From: Octopus bimaculoides
Lineage: Eukaryota
Assembly: GCF_001194135.2 (NCBI RefSeq)
Contig: NC_068998.1
Coordinates: forward strand, 39,358,503-39,411,826
Reading direction: 5' to 3'
DNA: 53,324 bases
Part shown: positions 23,537-33,071 of the stretch, one piece after another
Numbering within the stretch: position 1 is the first letter of the stretch
How the letters are laid out: the number at the start of each line of letters is the position of its first letter
Notes under the pieces: model-generated
Told to the model about the DNA's origin: nothing
What the model saw: only the letters and a program-made list of their open reading frames with translations
The model's database searches: none
Position numbers and translations under genes: made by a program

Positions 23537-25206
23537 CACACATTTAAGTGTGTAACCAAGAGGAGAAAGTGACAAGTTACAAAAATAAATTTTTAGCAAG
23601 ATTTAAATAAAGTAAATTTATTATAAGCTGAGATTTCTTTCTTTGGAGAAGTTTTAATAATGCAGCTTTAGACTCATAATGAAGATTTGTTTTTAATTCA
23701 GTGAAAAATTATTCTTTGTTATAAGACTGATAACTGCATAAAACTTCTATTAATAATGAAGGAAATACCTCAGGTTATTTTGATGAAGTTTCAACAGAGG
23801 TCAGATTGGTGTTGCAGATGTTTTTCAGTGAGCAGTCTAATGTTAAACATCTGCTCCACAGTACTCCTTTTGAGCCTAAATCCTGCCTGGTCTTCTGTCC
23901 TCCCATAACCCTTTAGCTTTCACATTATTCTATCAAAAGTAATGCTTGTTAATTCACATTGTTTTGAATTTAATCGTTCATTATTTTGTAGCTTTGAGAT
24001 TTTGATGAGGTAACTGTTAATTTTTAAAATGATATAGTAGGGTTAGTGTGAGAGACCAGATCTGGCGAGTTTGAACATAAAACAGGTTGAATATTTTGGC
24101 TAGATACAGCTGGTTTAAATGCTAAAGGGTTAAATCTGCTTAGCAGAACTCTTAGCAATAAATAACTCCATATATGAGTACTTTTATATTATATATATGT
24201 ATATATATATATNNNNNNNNNNCTCTCACACCTATTTGCAAATATATATACATATATATAGATAGATAGATAGATAGATATTCTATCTATTAAGGTCACA
24301 ATTAATGAAAGTTGTTACATTTGTCCTACTCAAGACTGTAACGGAACATCTGTAGTAGGTGGCTTAGTCAGTTGAATAAGGACAGTATTAATGACCCTTT
24401 TGTGAAATCCCAAAGACTGATGGGAGACAAGAGCATAAAACATGACTTTTGTGTTGCTCCCCGACTCAAGATATGAATTTGGTTTTCAGACCAGAGGCCT
24501 GGTCTGTTCAAGGGGAAAAGTTGCTGGTTTTAAGATATTGTGAAAGGCCTGGTTGGAGGGCCAACTTTCGAAGTTCTTTTACAGGGCTTAGAAAAACTGA
24601 AGAACTGCTGTAATAAGTGTGTGAATCTGAGAGGGGAATATGTTCAATAAAATCATAACTAACTGATCCTCTTGTGTTTTCTTTTACCCAAAACCAGGCA
24701 CTTTTCAGCACCCCCTTGTATGCTTGCAACAGAGTAGACTCCATTAGTAGTACATATGGTAGAAGTGGTGCTGGTGTTGAGTCAATAGCTCATTATCTTA
24801 TTCACTCAGCCATTTTATTTCTAAAGTATGGTTAAGATTGAGAAGAGATAGAAAACAGAAAAAAAAAAATTAATAAAAATAAAACAGAGGAATAGAAAAT
24901 AAGGAAAACAAGACAAGTAGAAGACAAAGAAGCAATAAGAAGAGAGAAAACAAAAGGATGAAAGAAGGCATAGAAATATATGAAAGAGAACAAAAGATAT
25001 ATAGGAAGTAGACGAAGAAGACGACAAAAAGATGATAAAGAAAAAAATGAAAGAGAAGACAAAAATAAAGAAAAAGAGAAGAAATAAGTCAATACATACA
25101 CAAAGCATTCTGGATGCCAAGATTGATCATTTGAGTTGACAATCTGGTCTTTTAACTGGAATCCTTCTCCACATCTTGCACATACACCATTTGCTAACAT
25201 AGACAT
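3818..25206 (-). CDS. LIMS1: PINCH / LIM and senescent cell antigen-like protein (5 LIM domains; ILK-PINCH-parvin adaptor), 12 coding exons, 324 aa
   Basis: Spliced exons 25206-25100, 19468-19423, 18182-18116, 15377-15257, 11926-11855, 11482-11405, 9557-9462, 9096-9042, 8184-8092, 7583-7535, 5099-5024, 3932-3818 total 975 nt with no internal stop. All introns are GT..AG with phases 2,0,1,2,2,2,2,0,0,1,2. PINCH signature motifs are present: [64 protein letters not shown]. The symbol is the vertebrate orthologue name; invertebrates usually have a single PINCH. Confidence 0.97.
3990..4175 (-). mobile_element. SINE family D (tRNA-like head, Deu/Nin-like central domain CCTTTCATCCTTTCGGGGTCGATAAA), decayed copy
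   Basis: Matches many copies in the window: about 7630-7990, 8568-8789, 10012-10203, 18700-18987, 42655-42735 plus 44003-44135, and 51480-52030. The domain assignment is from recalled consensus. Confidence 0.65.
4178..4660 (-). mobile_element. R4/Dong-like (RLE clade) non-LTR retrotransposon fragments
   Basis: Minus strand translates as [66 protein letters not shown] (CCHC knuckle), then K[W][16 protein letters not shown] separate piece encodes [12 protein letters not shown] plus 3' UTR and a (TAA)n tail at 4502-4513. Confidence 0.8.
5024..5099 (-). CDS. LIMS1: PINCH coding exon 11 ([24 protein letters not shown])
   Basis: ttctattgcAG|CCTTT...CAGAA|GTaagt; 76 nt. Confidence 0.95.
5278..5501. 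mobile_element. piggyBac-type MITE, family E (TTAA-CCCTTTAGCATT...AATGCTAAAGGG-TTAA)
   Basis: TTAA flanks and TIRs. Related copies at 23906-24133, 25447-25675, 25676-25836, about 27430-27570 and 37804-37981. Confidence 0.7.
7535..7583 (-). CDS. LIMS1: PINCH coding exon 10 ([16 protein letters not shown])
   Basis: ttttcttttgcAG|CTA...GACG|GTaagt; 49 nt; start of LIM5. Confidence 0.95.
8092..8184 (-). CDS. LIMS1: PINCH coding exon 9 ([31 protein letters not shown])
   Basis: ttttactttacAG|CAC...CATCAG|GTaggt; 93 nt. Confidence 0.96.
9042..9096 (-). CDS. LIMS1: PINCH coding exon 8 ([18 protein letters not shown])
   Basis: ctttatttcAG|ACGA...GTTGAG|GTtagt; 55 nt; LIM4. Confidence 0.96.
9120..9445. 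repeat. Degenerate (GAT/GAC/AAT)n trinucleotide repeat filling most of PINCH intron 7
   Basis: Runs of gatgatgat/gacaat occupy most of the 365 nt intron 9097-9461. Confidence 0.9.
9462..9557 (-). CDS. LIMS1: PINCH coding exon 7 ([31 protein letters not shown])
   Basis: tttttttttcAG|TGTT...TGCAG|GTagat; 96 nt. Confidence 0.95.
10721..11109 (-). mobile_element. SINE family A, full length (tRNA-derived head, CORE-like region, internal (TA/TG)n, tail AAACAAGTAAAAGAGT)
   Basis: Well-preserved copy. Homologues at 20801-21160(-), 27575-27888(+), 32619-32939(-), 33304-33686(+), 34277-34646(+), 40650-41025(+), 47619-47851(+) and many fragments. Confidence 0.85.
11223..11368. mobile_element. hAT (Charlie-type) MITE, 146 bp
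   Basis: TIRs CAGTCGTGGGCAAAGT / AGTTTGTCCACGCCTG; perfect 8 bp TSD CTCTAGAA at 11215-11222 and 11369-11376. It lies about 36 nt from the exon 6 donor. Confidence 0.85.
11405..11482 (-). CDS. LIMS1: PINCH coding exon 6 ([25 protein letters not shown])
   Basis: aatttcAG|CTCT...TGTGG|GTaagt; 78 nt; LIM3. Confidence 0.95.
11855..11926 (-). CDS. LIMS1: PINCH coding exon 5 ([23 protein letters not shown])
   Basis: ttcttcctcAG|AGCT...TGCCA|GTaagt; 72 nt; not in the ORF track. Confidence 0.95.
12420..12780 (+). mobile_element. GC-rich repeat, probably an RTE-type LINE 5' region
   Basis: Local GC enrichment and the motif CAAGCCCCCTCACTACGACAAGG, which resembles recalled RTE 5' UTRs. No ORF support. 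Confidence 0.35.
13340..13632 (-). mobile_element. RTE-clade LINE 3' fragment
   Basis: Minus frame [24 protein letters not shown]...GCPHTS*LWQ matches the RTE C-terminal RQLRxFGHxxR...GRPxxxW pattern; ends ...CCCATACCTGACTTGA. Confidence 0.7.
15257..15377 (-). CDS. LIMS1: PINCH coding exon 4 ([26 protein letters not shown]...LAG)
   Basis: ttcctAG|GTGAATTC...GGAAG|GTaagg; 121 nt; LIM2. Confidence 0.96.
16005..16397 (-). mobile_element. Mariner 5' fragment (TIR start CAAGGGGTAGTCAAAAATTAT), N-terminal HTH
   Basis: ORF segment [46 protein letters not shown]; TIR followed by TA at 16398-16399. Confidence 0.8.
17529..17690 (-). mobile_element. Penelope-like element terminal repeat with degenerate hammerhead core
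   Basis: Minus strand CTTT-CTGTGGA-A-GAGC-GTAG-GCTC-GAAACGTT-AAAG followed by AATAAA; second copy near 39860-40030. Confidence 0.6.
17722..17975 (+). mobile_element. Mariner 5' fragment (TIR start TTGGGTTGG), frameshifted HTH region
   Basis: Frameshifted translation [15 protein letters not shown]...[11 protein letters not shown]...RTCQKWF, Mos1/SETMAR-like N-terminus. Confidence 0.7.
18116..18182 (-). CDS. LIMS1: PINCH coding exon 3 ([22 protein letters not shown])
   Basis: ttttcAG|TTTGAA...TGTG|GTaagt; 67 nt. Confidence 0.96.
18990..19352 (+). mobile_element. RTE LINE 3' end / RTE-tail repeat (family C) with (GAT/GAC)n tail
   Basis: AAGCACCCACTACACTCTCGGAGTGG...AGGAAGGGCATCCAGCTGTAGAAAC...CATGCTAGCATGGAAAG...TTAAATGACGACGAT. 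Close copies at 45445-45668 and 49209-49632; the same tail ends the RTE at 30350-31337. Confidence 0.8.
19423..19468 (-). CDS. LIMS1: PINCH coding exon 2 ([15 protein letters not shown]), not in the ORF track
   Basis: ttctattcctcAG|GTGTGCC...TATGAG|GTtggt; 46 nt, phase 2 to 0. Confidence 0.95.
19630..20217 (-). mobile_element. Two tandem RTE-BovB-like 3' fragments with C2H2 finger remnant
   Basis: Minus frames [27 protein letters not shown] and [21 protein letters not shown] match the BovB C-terminus (WExLAQDRxxWR...CxxC...IGLxSHxRTH). Units at about 19630-19935 and 19965-20217. Confidence 0.7.
21340..21630 (+). mobile_element. R4/Dong-like 3' fragment
   Basis: Plus frame [22 protein letters not shown] (stop 21472-21474), the canonical R4/Dong C-terminal motif, then 3' UTR and a TAA-rich tail. 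Confidence 0.75.
24540..24718 (+). mobile_element. Mariner 3' fragment with terminal TIR
   Basis: [21 protein letters not shown] (mariner KCxxxxGxY C-terminus); ends CTTTTCAGCACCCCCTTG followed by TA. Confidence 0.75.
25100..25206 (-). CDS. LIMS1: PINCH coding exon 1 ([12 protein letters not shown]...HPECF); exon starts at 25213 with 7 nt before the ATG
   Basis: Acceptor tttactatttcAG|TGGAGCCATG; donor GT|gtatgt; first zinc finger of LIM1. Confidence 0.93.
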
Positions 25207-25301
25207 GGCTCCACTGAAATAGTAAAGTAAAAGAGAAAACAAAGAAGGTCAATTTAATTCACTGTTTTACATTGATAGAAAAGAGAGAGAGGGAGAGAGA
25301 G

Positions 25302-25353
<52 letters not shown>

Positions 25354-26794
25354 GGGGGGTCTAAATCTCCTCAGTTTAACTAATCAAAGAGTCAAAAGGT
25401 TACACTCAGTCACCAGCATTGTGGCAAGAAATAAGGTTAAATTAAATTAACCCTCTAGCATTCAGACTGGCCATATCCAGCCCAAATATTCTACTCGTGT
25501 TACATTCAAATTGGCCAGGCCTGGTCTCATACACCTATCCTACAATGTCATTATAAAATATAAGTTGTCACATCATCAAAATCTTGAAGCTGTAAGATAA
25601 TGCATGATTAATTAAAAGTAATGTGAATAAATAAGCAATACATTTAACTGAGTAATCTGAATGCTAAAGGGTTAAGCCAGCCATATCCAGCCTCTTGCAC
25701 CTGCCTTACAATGTCATTCTAAAAAGACAATTACAGCATTGTAATATTGAGGCTGCAAGATAATGCATGATTAATTGAAAACAATTTGGATAAATAAGCT
25801 TTACATTTGACAGTAATCTGAATGCTAAAGGGTTAAATATACATGTATCCTAGATAAGACATTAAACTGCATTTGGTGGTGAAGCTCCAACCCAAGAGTT
25901 CAGGAGTTTTAAGGGGTATGGAATTACCCCTTAGTTACCACTACTTCAGAGATACTCTGGCTTGGAGTGCTGGTACCTGTGAAGGGCTGTAGCTAAGGCA
26001 CAGAAGACTAGGAGAAGAGCTGGCCCTTAGACATGTCCCAAACAGGCACACTAGTGTACGGGCATGTTCTGATGTCATGTGAGCCAGTCCCCTTGCCTAA
26101 GGTTTAAATAAGTCCTGTGTCTCATGGGTAAGCTCACAAGTTCAAATCTCACCAAAGTAAAAAACAAACAAAAATCTTTACCATTACCATGAATTATAAT
26201 AGTCAATTTAATAGGCTATGCTTTTTCCAACACCCACATCCCAACACTCAAAAAATATATAGCCTTTTGTCAATGTTACAAAAACAATTTCGTTTTCTAG
26301 AAAGTGAGGGACACAACTCTAGACATGTTTCAGTCTTGTTCTGATCTCATTAGTAAAACAGCATCAACTATACTTGCTGAAGTACTGATAAATGAATCAC
26401 TAATCAAATGTTCAGGATTACGGTCATGTTTTGTTAAGCAACTAGTTATGTTTGTTAGAGCATCAGCATACCATCTCAATGGTTAAGCAACTGGTTAAAA
26501 TCCCATCACCTGCACTGCACCATTTTCTTGACCAAGACATTTAATATTCACAAGTAACTAACTATAGACAGGTACCATTGGGTGATACAGTTGTACCCTT
26601 AAGTGTAGACAAGTACCATTAGGTAAACAAGTGTCATAGAGAAGTACACTTGCACTACATACCACATTATCAATATGTACCATGGCATGAAACAACAGTT
26701 TTACCAAACTGTAAACAGGTACAATACCACTGCATAGTCCACCTAACTGTAGATAAATATCAAGGTATGAAATTGTACCAAACGGTAGACATGT

Positions 26795-27176
26795 TGTTGG
26801 CACTCCGTCGCTTATGACGTCGAGGGTTCCAGTTGATCCGATCCACAGAACAACCTGCTCGTGAAATTAACGTGCAAGTGGCTGAGCACTCCACAGACAC
26901 GTGTACCCTCAACATAGTTCTCGGGGATATTCAGCATGACACAGTGTGACAAGGCTGACCCTTTGAATTACAGGCACAACAGAAACAGGAATTAAGAGTG
27001 AGAGAAAGTTGTGGTGGAAGAGTACCGCAGGGTTCGCCACCATCCCCTGCCGGAGCCTCGTGGAGCTTTAGGTGTTTTCGTTCAATAAACACTCACAACG
27101 TCTGGTCTGGGAATCGAAACCGCGATCCTATGACTGAGAGTCTGCTGCCCTAACCATTGGGCCATTGCGCCTCCAC
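26795..27176 (-). mobile_element. SINE family B, full-length, young-looking tRNA-derived insertion with 10 bp TSD
   Basis: Head GTGGAGGCGCAATGGCCCAATGGTTAGGGCAG...GGTTTCGATTCCC (A/B boxes); (CAA)n tail; TSD GTAGACATGT at 26785-26794 and 27178-27187. Confidence 0.88.
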
Positions 27177-29371
27177 TGTAGACATGTAACCTCACAGTAA
27201 AAACATCAAATAAGTTTGTGTGCTGCCAGTGGAGAATTATGGCAGAGCCCTTGTTGGAAGAAATAAGTGTTGTTGTTATTAATCAGCTCCAAGTCAGGCT
27301 TGAATGAGCAAATCTATAATCAAAGATATTCTACCATTCATCACAGGTCTGTTTCATTAGAGTTGACTAACAACTAGAAAATCCAAGCCAGTTGAAGGAG
27401 CTTCTCCCATTCAAACTCAGAAACAGAAACCAAATCTCTCTCAACCCTTTAGCATTCAAACTGACTAGTAAGATCCAGCCTCTCACACCTATCCTACAAT
27501 GTCCTTCTAAAAGTAAAACAATCACATCATCAAAACGTTTGAAGCTACAAGATAATTCGGTTAATTCACAATAGGTGCAGTTGTGGTTGTGTGGAAACAA
27601 GCTTGCTTCCCAAGCAAATGGTTTCAGGTTCAGTCCCACTGTGTAGCATCCTTGGGAAGTATTTTCTACTATAGCCTTGGGCTGACCAAAGCTATGTGAG
27701 TGGATTTGGTAGATGGAAACTGAAAGAAGACCATAGTATATATATATATATATATATATATATGTCTTTGTGTCTGGGTTTGTCCCTCCATCACCATTTG
27801 ACAACAGTTGTTGGTGTTTACATCCCCATAACTTAGCAGTTCAACAAAAAAAAAACAATAAAACAAGTAATAGGCTAAAATTAGGCCCNNNNNNNNNNNN
27901 NNNNNNNNNNNNNNNNNNNNNNNNNNNNNNNNNNNNNNNNNNNNNNNNNNNNNNNNNNNNNNNNNNNNNNNNNNNNNNNNNNNNNNNNNNNNNNNNNNNN
28001 NNNNNNNNNNNNNNNNNNNNNNNNNNNNNNNNNNNNNNNNNNNNNNNNNNNNNNNNNNNNNNNNNNNNNNNNNNNNNNNNNNNNNNNNNNNNNNNNNNNN
28101 NNNNNNNNNNNNNNNNNNNNNNNNNNNNNNNNNNNNNNNNNNNNNNNNNNNNNNNNNNNNNNNNNNNNNNNNNNNNNNNNNNNNNNNNNNNNNNNNNNNN
28201 NNNNNNNNNNNNNNNNNNNNNNNNNNNNNNNNNNNNNNNNNNNNNNNNNNNNNNNNNNNNNNNNNNNNNNNNNNNNNNNNNNNNNNNNNNNNNNNNNNNN
28301 NNNNNNNNNNNNNNNNNNNNNNNNNNNNNNNNNNNNNNNNNNNNNNNNNNNNNNNNNNNNNNNNNNNNNNNNNNNNNNNNNNNNNNNNNNNNNNNNNNNN
28401 NNNNNNNNNNNNNNNNNNNNNNNNNNNNNNNNNNNNNNNNNNNNNNNNNNNNNNNNNNNNNNNNNNNNNNNNNNNNNNNNNNNNNNNNNNNNNNNNNNNN
28501 NNNNNNNNNNNNNNNNNNNNNNNNNNNNNNNNNNNNNNNNNNNNNNNNNNNNNNNNNNNNNNNNNNNNNNNNNNNNNNNNNNNNNNNNNNNNNNNNNNNN
28601 NNAAAGGTCTAAATCTGAATGCTAAAGGTCTAATCTGAATGCTAAAGGTCTATCTGATGTGGCGTACCAACATTTTTTTTTCCAATGTGCCAGGGACTGG
28701 TAATATTTCTTAGTAATATTAATTTATGCCGGAAACAATATATATAATGAATAAAATAAAAGTTGACAATCTTTTTTATCTTATATTTATTTTGTAAACA
28801 AATAATGCAATATTGCATAAGCATTTTATAATGTTTCTTTCTTTTCTGGAAACTTGCAGCGTACCAGCAGCTGATGGCTTGCAGACTGGCACCAGTCGAC
28901 AGACCACCACTTTGAGTAGCACTGGTCTAAATTACACCCTATTATCTTAGACTAAGGAGGTATGTTTTTGATAAAGTCATACAAGGCAAATTGTCTGAAA
29001 AAAAAAACAAGGATGGTCACAAATGGAATGTCTTCAATCAGGGGTCCCTAATTATGTGCTGACCTGGAGGCTAAACAACAGCAATAATTATAAAACTGAT
29101 TTGACATAATAAAAAAATCCTCAAATATTTCACATAGCTGAGCCAAATACGCACACACTATATATATATATATATATACGCATACATATACATACAGAAA
29201 CACAATTGTATGCATACACGTTCCTAACTATGTGGTTTCAGGTTCAGTCCCACTGTGTGGCACCTTGGACAAGTGTTTTCTATTATAGCCCAAAGCCTAT
29301 ATATAGTAACTCAGAATAAGAACTTAGTCCATGATGACTATCCCAACTAGAAAGAGGATGTTAAAAAGATG

Positions 29372-29439
<68 letters not shown>

Positions 29440-29699
29440 GGTAATAGAATATGAATAAATTATGGTTAAGTGTTGGTATGCCAACATCAGACAACTGATA
29501 CCACCAGCACCAATACCATTACCATCACCGTCACCGTCATTATGTATTTACTCACTCAGTCAGATACATACAAATGTCTGTTTAACCATAACAAACACTT
29601 ACACACACCTACGTATTTAGCCAAGTTGTGGTTGTCAAGGAGATATTCCCTGCCACGAACAGAAAGAAAAAAAAAAAAAAAAAAAAAATTAACATCGCT

Positions 29700-29736
<37 letters not shown>

Positions 29737-30349
29737 CCAGCATATGATAAGTAAAAGTAAAATTACTGGAAAGAAAATATTCAATTAATTAATTTATAAA
29801 ATACATTAACTATCTGTCAAATTAAGTAATTTGTTGGCTAGTAGGGTGTGTCTTCATTACTAAGAGCTAATTTGCAAGTAAAAAAAAAATAAATATATAA
29901 AAGAGCAGAGATGCGGAAAGAGGATAAAAATAAGAAAAGTTTGGATGTGGATTAAACAAATAAATATTTCTAACATAAGAAATTTTTCTTTTTTTTTCTT
30001 TTACTTGTTTCAGTCATTAGACTGTGGCCATGCTAGGGCACCACTTTCAAGAATTTGTAGCCAAATGACTCGACCCCAGGAATTATTTTTTTTTTTGAAA
30101 CCAGGTATTTATTCTGTCAGTCTCCTTTGCTGAACTGATAAATTATGGGGACGTAAACACACCAACTTGCTTACTGTTAAACTATCCGTGCATATATAAG
30201 TCTGCAGTGTGCATTACGTCTCTTATGGAAGTACTTTTTATTTTATCGACCATCAGAAGGATAAAAGACAAATGTTGGCTTTGACAGATCTGAATTCAGA
30301 ATGTAAATAAAGCAAACTATACTAGATAGCTAGAAGAGAAACTAAAAGA

Positions 30350-31337
30350 CTGACCTATTTAGCAAGAGGAGAAGCAGAAAAAAAGAGGTTTGCTAATGTT
30401 TTTCCATCTGAGGACCAAAAGTATGAGGCGTTCCAAACTACAAGACTGTGTATCAAAGACCATGATGTTGTGGGAGAGAAGTGTGTACAGAAGGATAATG
30501 GTATACTTGCACTTAGTGATTCTGAAAAGAAAGCCGCATGAAAGTGCTACTTAATGTGAAAAATGAAAGGGAGAATGAGAGCGTTCCTCGTGTGAACCTG
30601 ACAGAGGTCCAACCAGTCTTGTTGACAGTAGTATTATAGACAAAGCAATTAAGAATATGGAGACAGAGAAAGCCCTTGGTGCATCAGGAATTACTGTCAA
30701 GATGCTTAAAATATTTGGCAGAAGTGAATATGGCCTAGTCACCTGTACAGTTTATCAGGTTGTTCGTGAAGTGACCATACCCAATGAATGCTGTAGCGGC
30801 ATCATAGTTAACTGTTACAGGGGTAAAGAAGATACCTTAGAGAGAAGTAATCACAAAGGTGTTGGTTGTCAATCCCCTCCTAGTTATCATAATGTGCCAG
30901 GCCATAATAGAGGAATTTAAGACCAGTTGCCCATGAGACCTCCTCTATACTTACGACCTTGTTTTTATAGCTGAAACTGTAGTAAAATTAGAAATGAAAT
31001 TCCAGGTGTGGAAACAAAATCTGGAATCAAAGTGTCTTCAGGTTAATTTTGTAAAGACCAAAGTTTTAGTTAGCAAGAAAACAAACAAGATGCTAATCCC
31101 TTCAGGTAAATAGCCCTGTTTAATACATATAAGAAGTGTTGGTAGAAATTCCATATGATGTACTCAGTGTAAACTATGGACACATGGAAATGCAGTGGAA
31201 TTGTTCATTTCCAATCTACCATGAAAAGCATGTCTGGTCATGAGGATATATTACCTGGCTTGGAAACAGGTGAGGGTTGGTGACTGGAAGGGTATCCAGC
31301 TGTAGAAAATCTGACCTATGTGCGCATAGAAAAGTGG
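30350..31337 (+). mobile_element. Internally deleted, decayed RTE LINE
   Basis: KAIKNMETEKALGASGITVKMLK...IPNECCSGIIVNCYRGKEDTLERSNHKG (RT N-terminus) and IAETVVKLEMKFQVWKQNLESKCLQVNFVKTKVLVS (RT end); family C tail with (GAT)n. Confidence 0.85.
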
Positions 31338-31613
31338 ACGTTAAATGATGATGATGATATAAGTAGAGGAAATGTATTCACTGTTCAATCATTCAGGTAA
31401 CTAATAACAGATTTAATTACACATGTGCACACACACGTACTCTTTCTCTCTCCATGTCTTCTCTCTCTCTCTCTCTCTCACTCTCTTATACATATTCAAT
31501 CAAAATACAATTTTCCATATAAATTTACAATAACTACAACAATATCACCAATGTCAGAGATTACCATATTTATAGGGTTTCTTCTTCAAAGACAACAAAA
31601 GAGAAACAGACTG

Positions 31614-31651
31614 AAGGAGAGAGAAAGAGAGAGGAAAAAGAGAAAAACAAA

Positions 31652-31692
<41 letters not shown>

Positions 31693-31823
31693 AGAGAAAT
31701 GAGAAAGACATAAAGAATGGGAGAGAGAAAGAGAGAGAAGAGAAAGAAAGAAATGAGAAAGAGAAAGGGATGCAAAAGACAGAAAGACAAGAGAAAGAGA
31801 GAGAAAAGCTAGAATGAGAGAGA

Positions 31824-31891
<68 letters not shown>

Positions 31892-31940
31892 GAGAGAAAG
31901 AGAGAGAGAGTGAGAGAGAAAGAGAGAGAGAGAGAGAAAG

Positions 31941-31968
<28 letters not shown>
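31614..31968. repeat. Long (GA)n-rich purine tract followed by (CA)n
   Basis: Direct reading; source of the spurious ERER/SLSL ORFs. Confidence 0.95.
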
Positions 31969-31971
<3 letters not shown>

Positions 31972-32558
31972 TTCCAATCTCAAAATAACATAGAAAGAAA
32001 CATTGGTTGAGGAATTTAATTGCTCTAAACCAAAAAGAACTGCTCAACATGCTCACAGTGCCAGATTTAAACATAAGCTAAACAAGCTAAATATAGCTTA
32101 GTGCTTCATAATCCACAGTGGCCTTATAATAATTAAACGGTATATATGTCATATAATTTTTGTGAGAGCTTCTAGTGTAATATTTTAACAAGGAGCTTCT
32201 AAGCTTTATATAGGTTAAACTAAACTCATCAGTGTATTGCATGTTCTTGAATGTATCTGTTATCATTTTCACCATCACCATCATCATCAATGTTTTAACA
32301 TCCACTTTCCATGCCTGCATGGGTCAGATGGAATTCATTAATATCAGATTTTCTATGGTTAGATGTCCTTCCTGTCAACAACCCTCACCTGTTTCCAAGC
32401 AAAGTAATATTTCCTCATTGTCAGATATGTTTCCATGGAAGATAGGGAAACATGAGACACTGCTTATGATGATAGTGACACTCATTCATAATTATCCTGT
32501 GATATCAAAACAAGGTGACACAAATATATACATACATGTTATAATACATACAAACATA

Positions 32559-33071
32559 CAGGGTGGCCCAAAAGTAGGTTTACAGTTATTCAACTATCTC
32601 TTTCGCATTCATATCTTTCTCTTTTACTTGTTTCAGTCATTTGACTGTGGCCATGCTGGAGCACCGCCTTTTAGTTGAGCTAATCGACCCCAGGATTTAT
32701 TCTTTGTAAGCCTAGTACTTATTCTATCGGTCTCTTTAGCCGAACCGCTAAGTTACGGGGACGTAAACACACCAACATCTGTTGTCAAGCGATGTTGGGG
32801 GGACAAACACAGACACACACATACATATATATACATATATACGATAGGCTTCTTTCAGTTTCCGTCTACCAAATCCACTCACAAGGCTTTGGTCGGCCTG
32901 AGGCTATAGTAGAAGACACTTGCCCAAGGTTCCACGCAGTTTAGATCTTAATTATAAAAAAAAATATGAAACCATTATTCTCTGCTAATTTAGTTAATTT
33001 TGTCAAGCTCCCTTTAAAAGAAATATTAAATGCCTACGTGATAACTGTAAACCTACTTTTGGGCCACCCTA
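32559..33071. mobile_element. Tc1/mariner-type MITE (31 bp TIR CAGGGTGGCCCAAAAGTAGGTTTACAGTTAT) interrupted by a family A SINE
   Basis: TA TSDs at 32557-32558 and 33072-33073; TIRs are near-perfect; SINE at 32619-32939 lies inside. Confidence 0.85.

Noticed and set aside
24832-25242. 136 aa ORF extending exon 1 with F/L/S-rich, TM-like sequence
   Set aside because: Read-through into pyrimidine-rich intron on both sides; splice sites bound the real exon at 25213-25100.
26560-26790. Repeat-spacer-like pattern considered as a CRISPR array
   Set aside because: Eukaryotic intron context, repeats are short and degenerate, spacing is irregular, and there are no cas genes.
27100-27176. tRNA-like sequence with A and B boxes
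   Set aside because: Head of SINE family B with a body, (CAA)n tail and TSD; not a tRNA gene. The same applies to family A and D heads.
28603-28652. Tandem ATCTGAATGCTAAAGGTCTA units
   Set aside because: A MITE family E end repeated directly at a gap edge; likely a gap-filling artefact or trivial slippage.
31425-32074. ERER/SLSL-rich ORFs of 130-162 aa
   Set aside because: Translations of (GA)n/(TC)n repeats.
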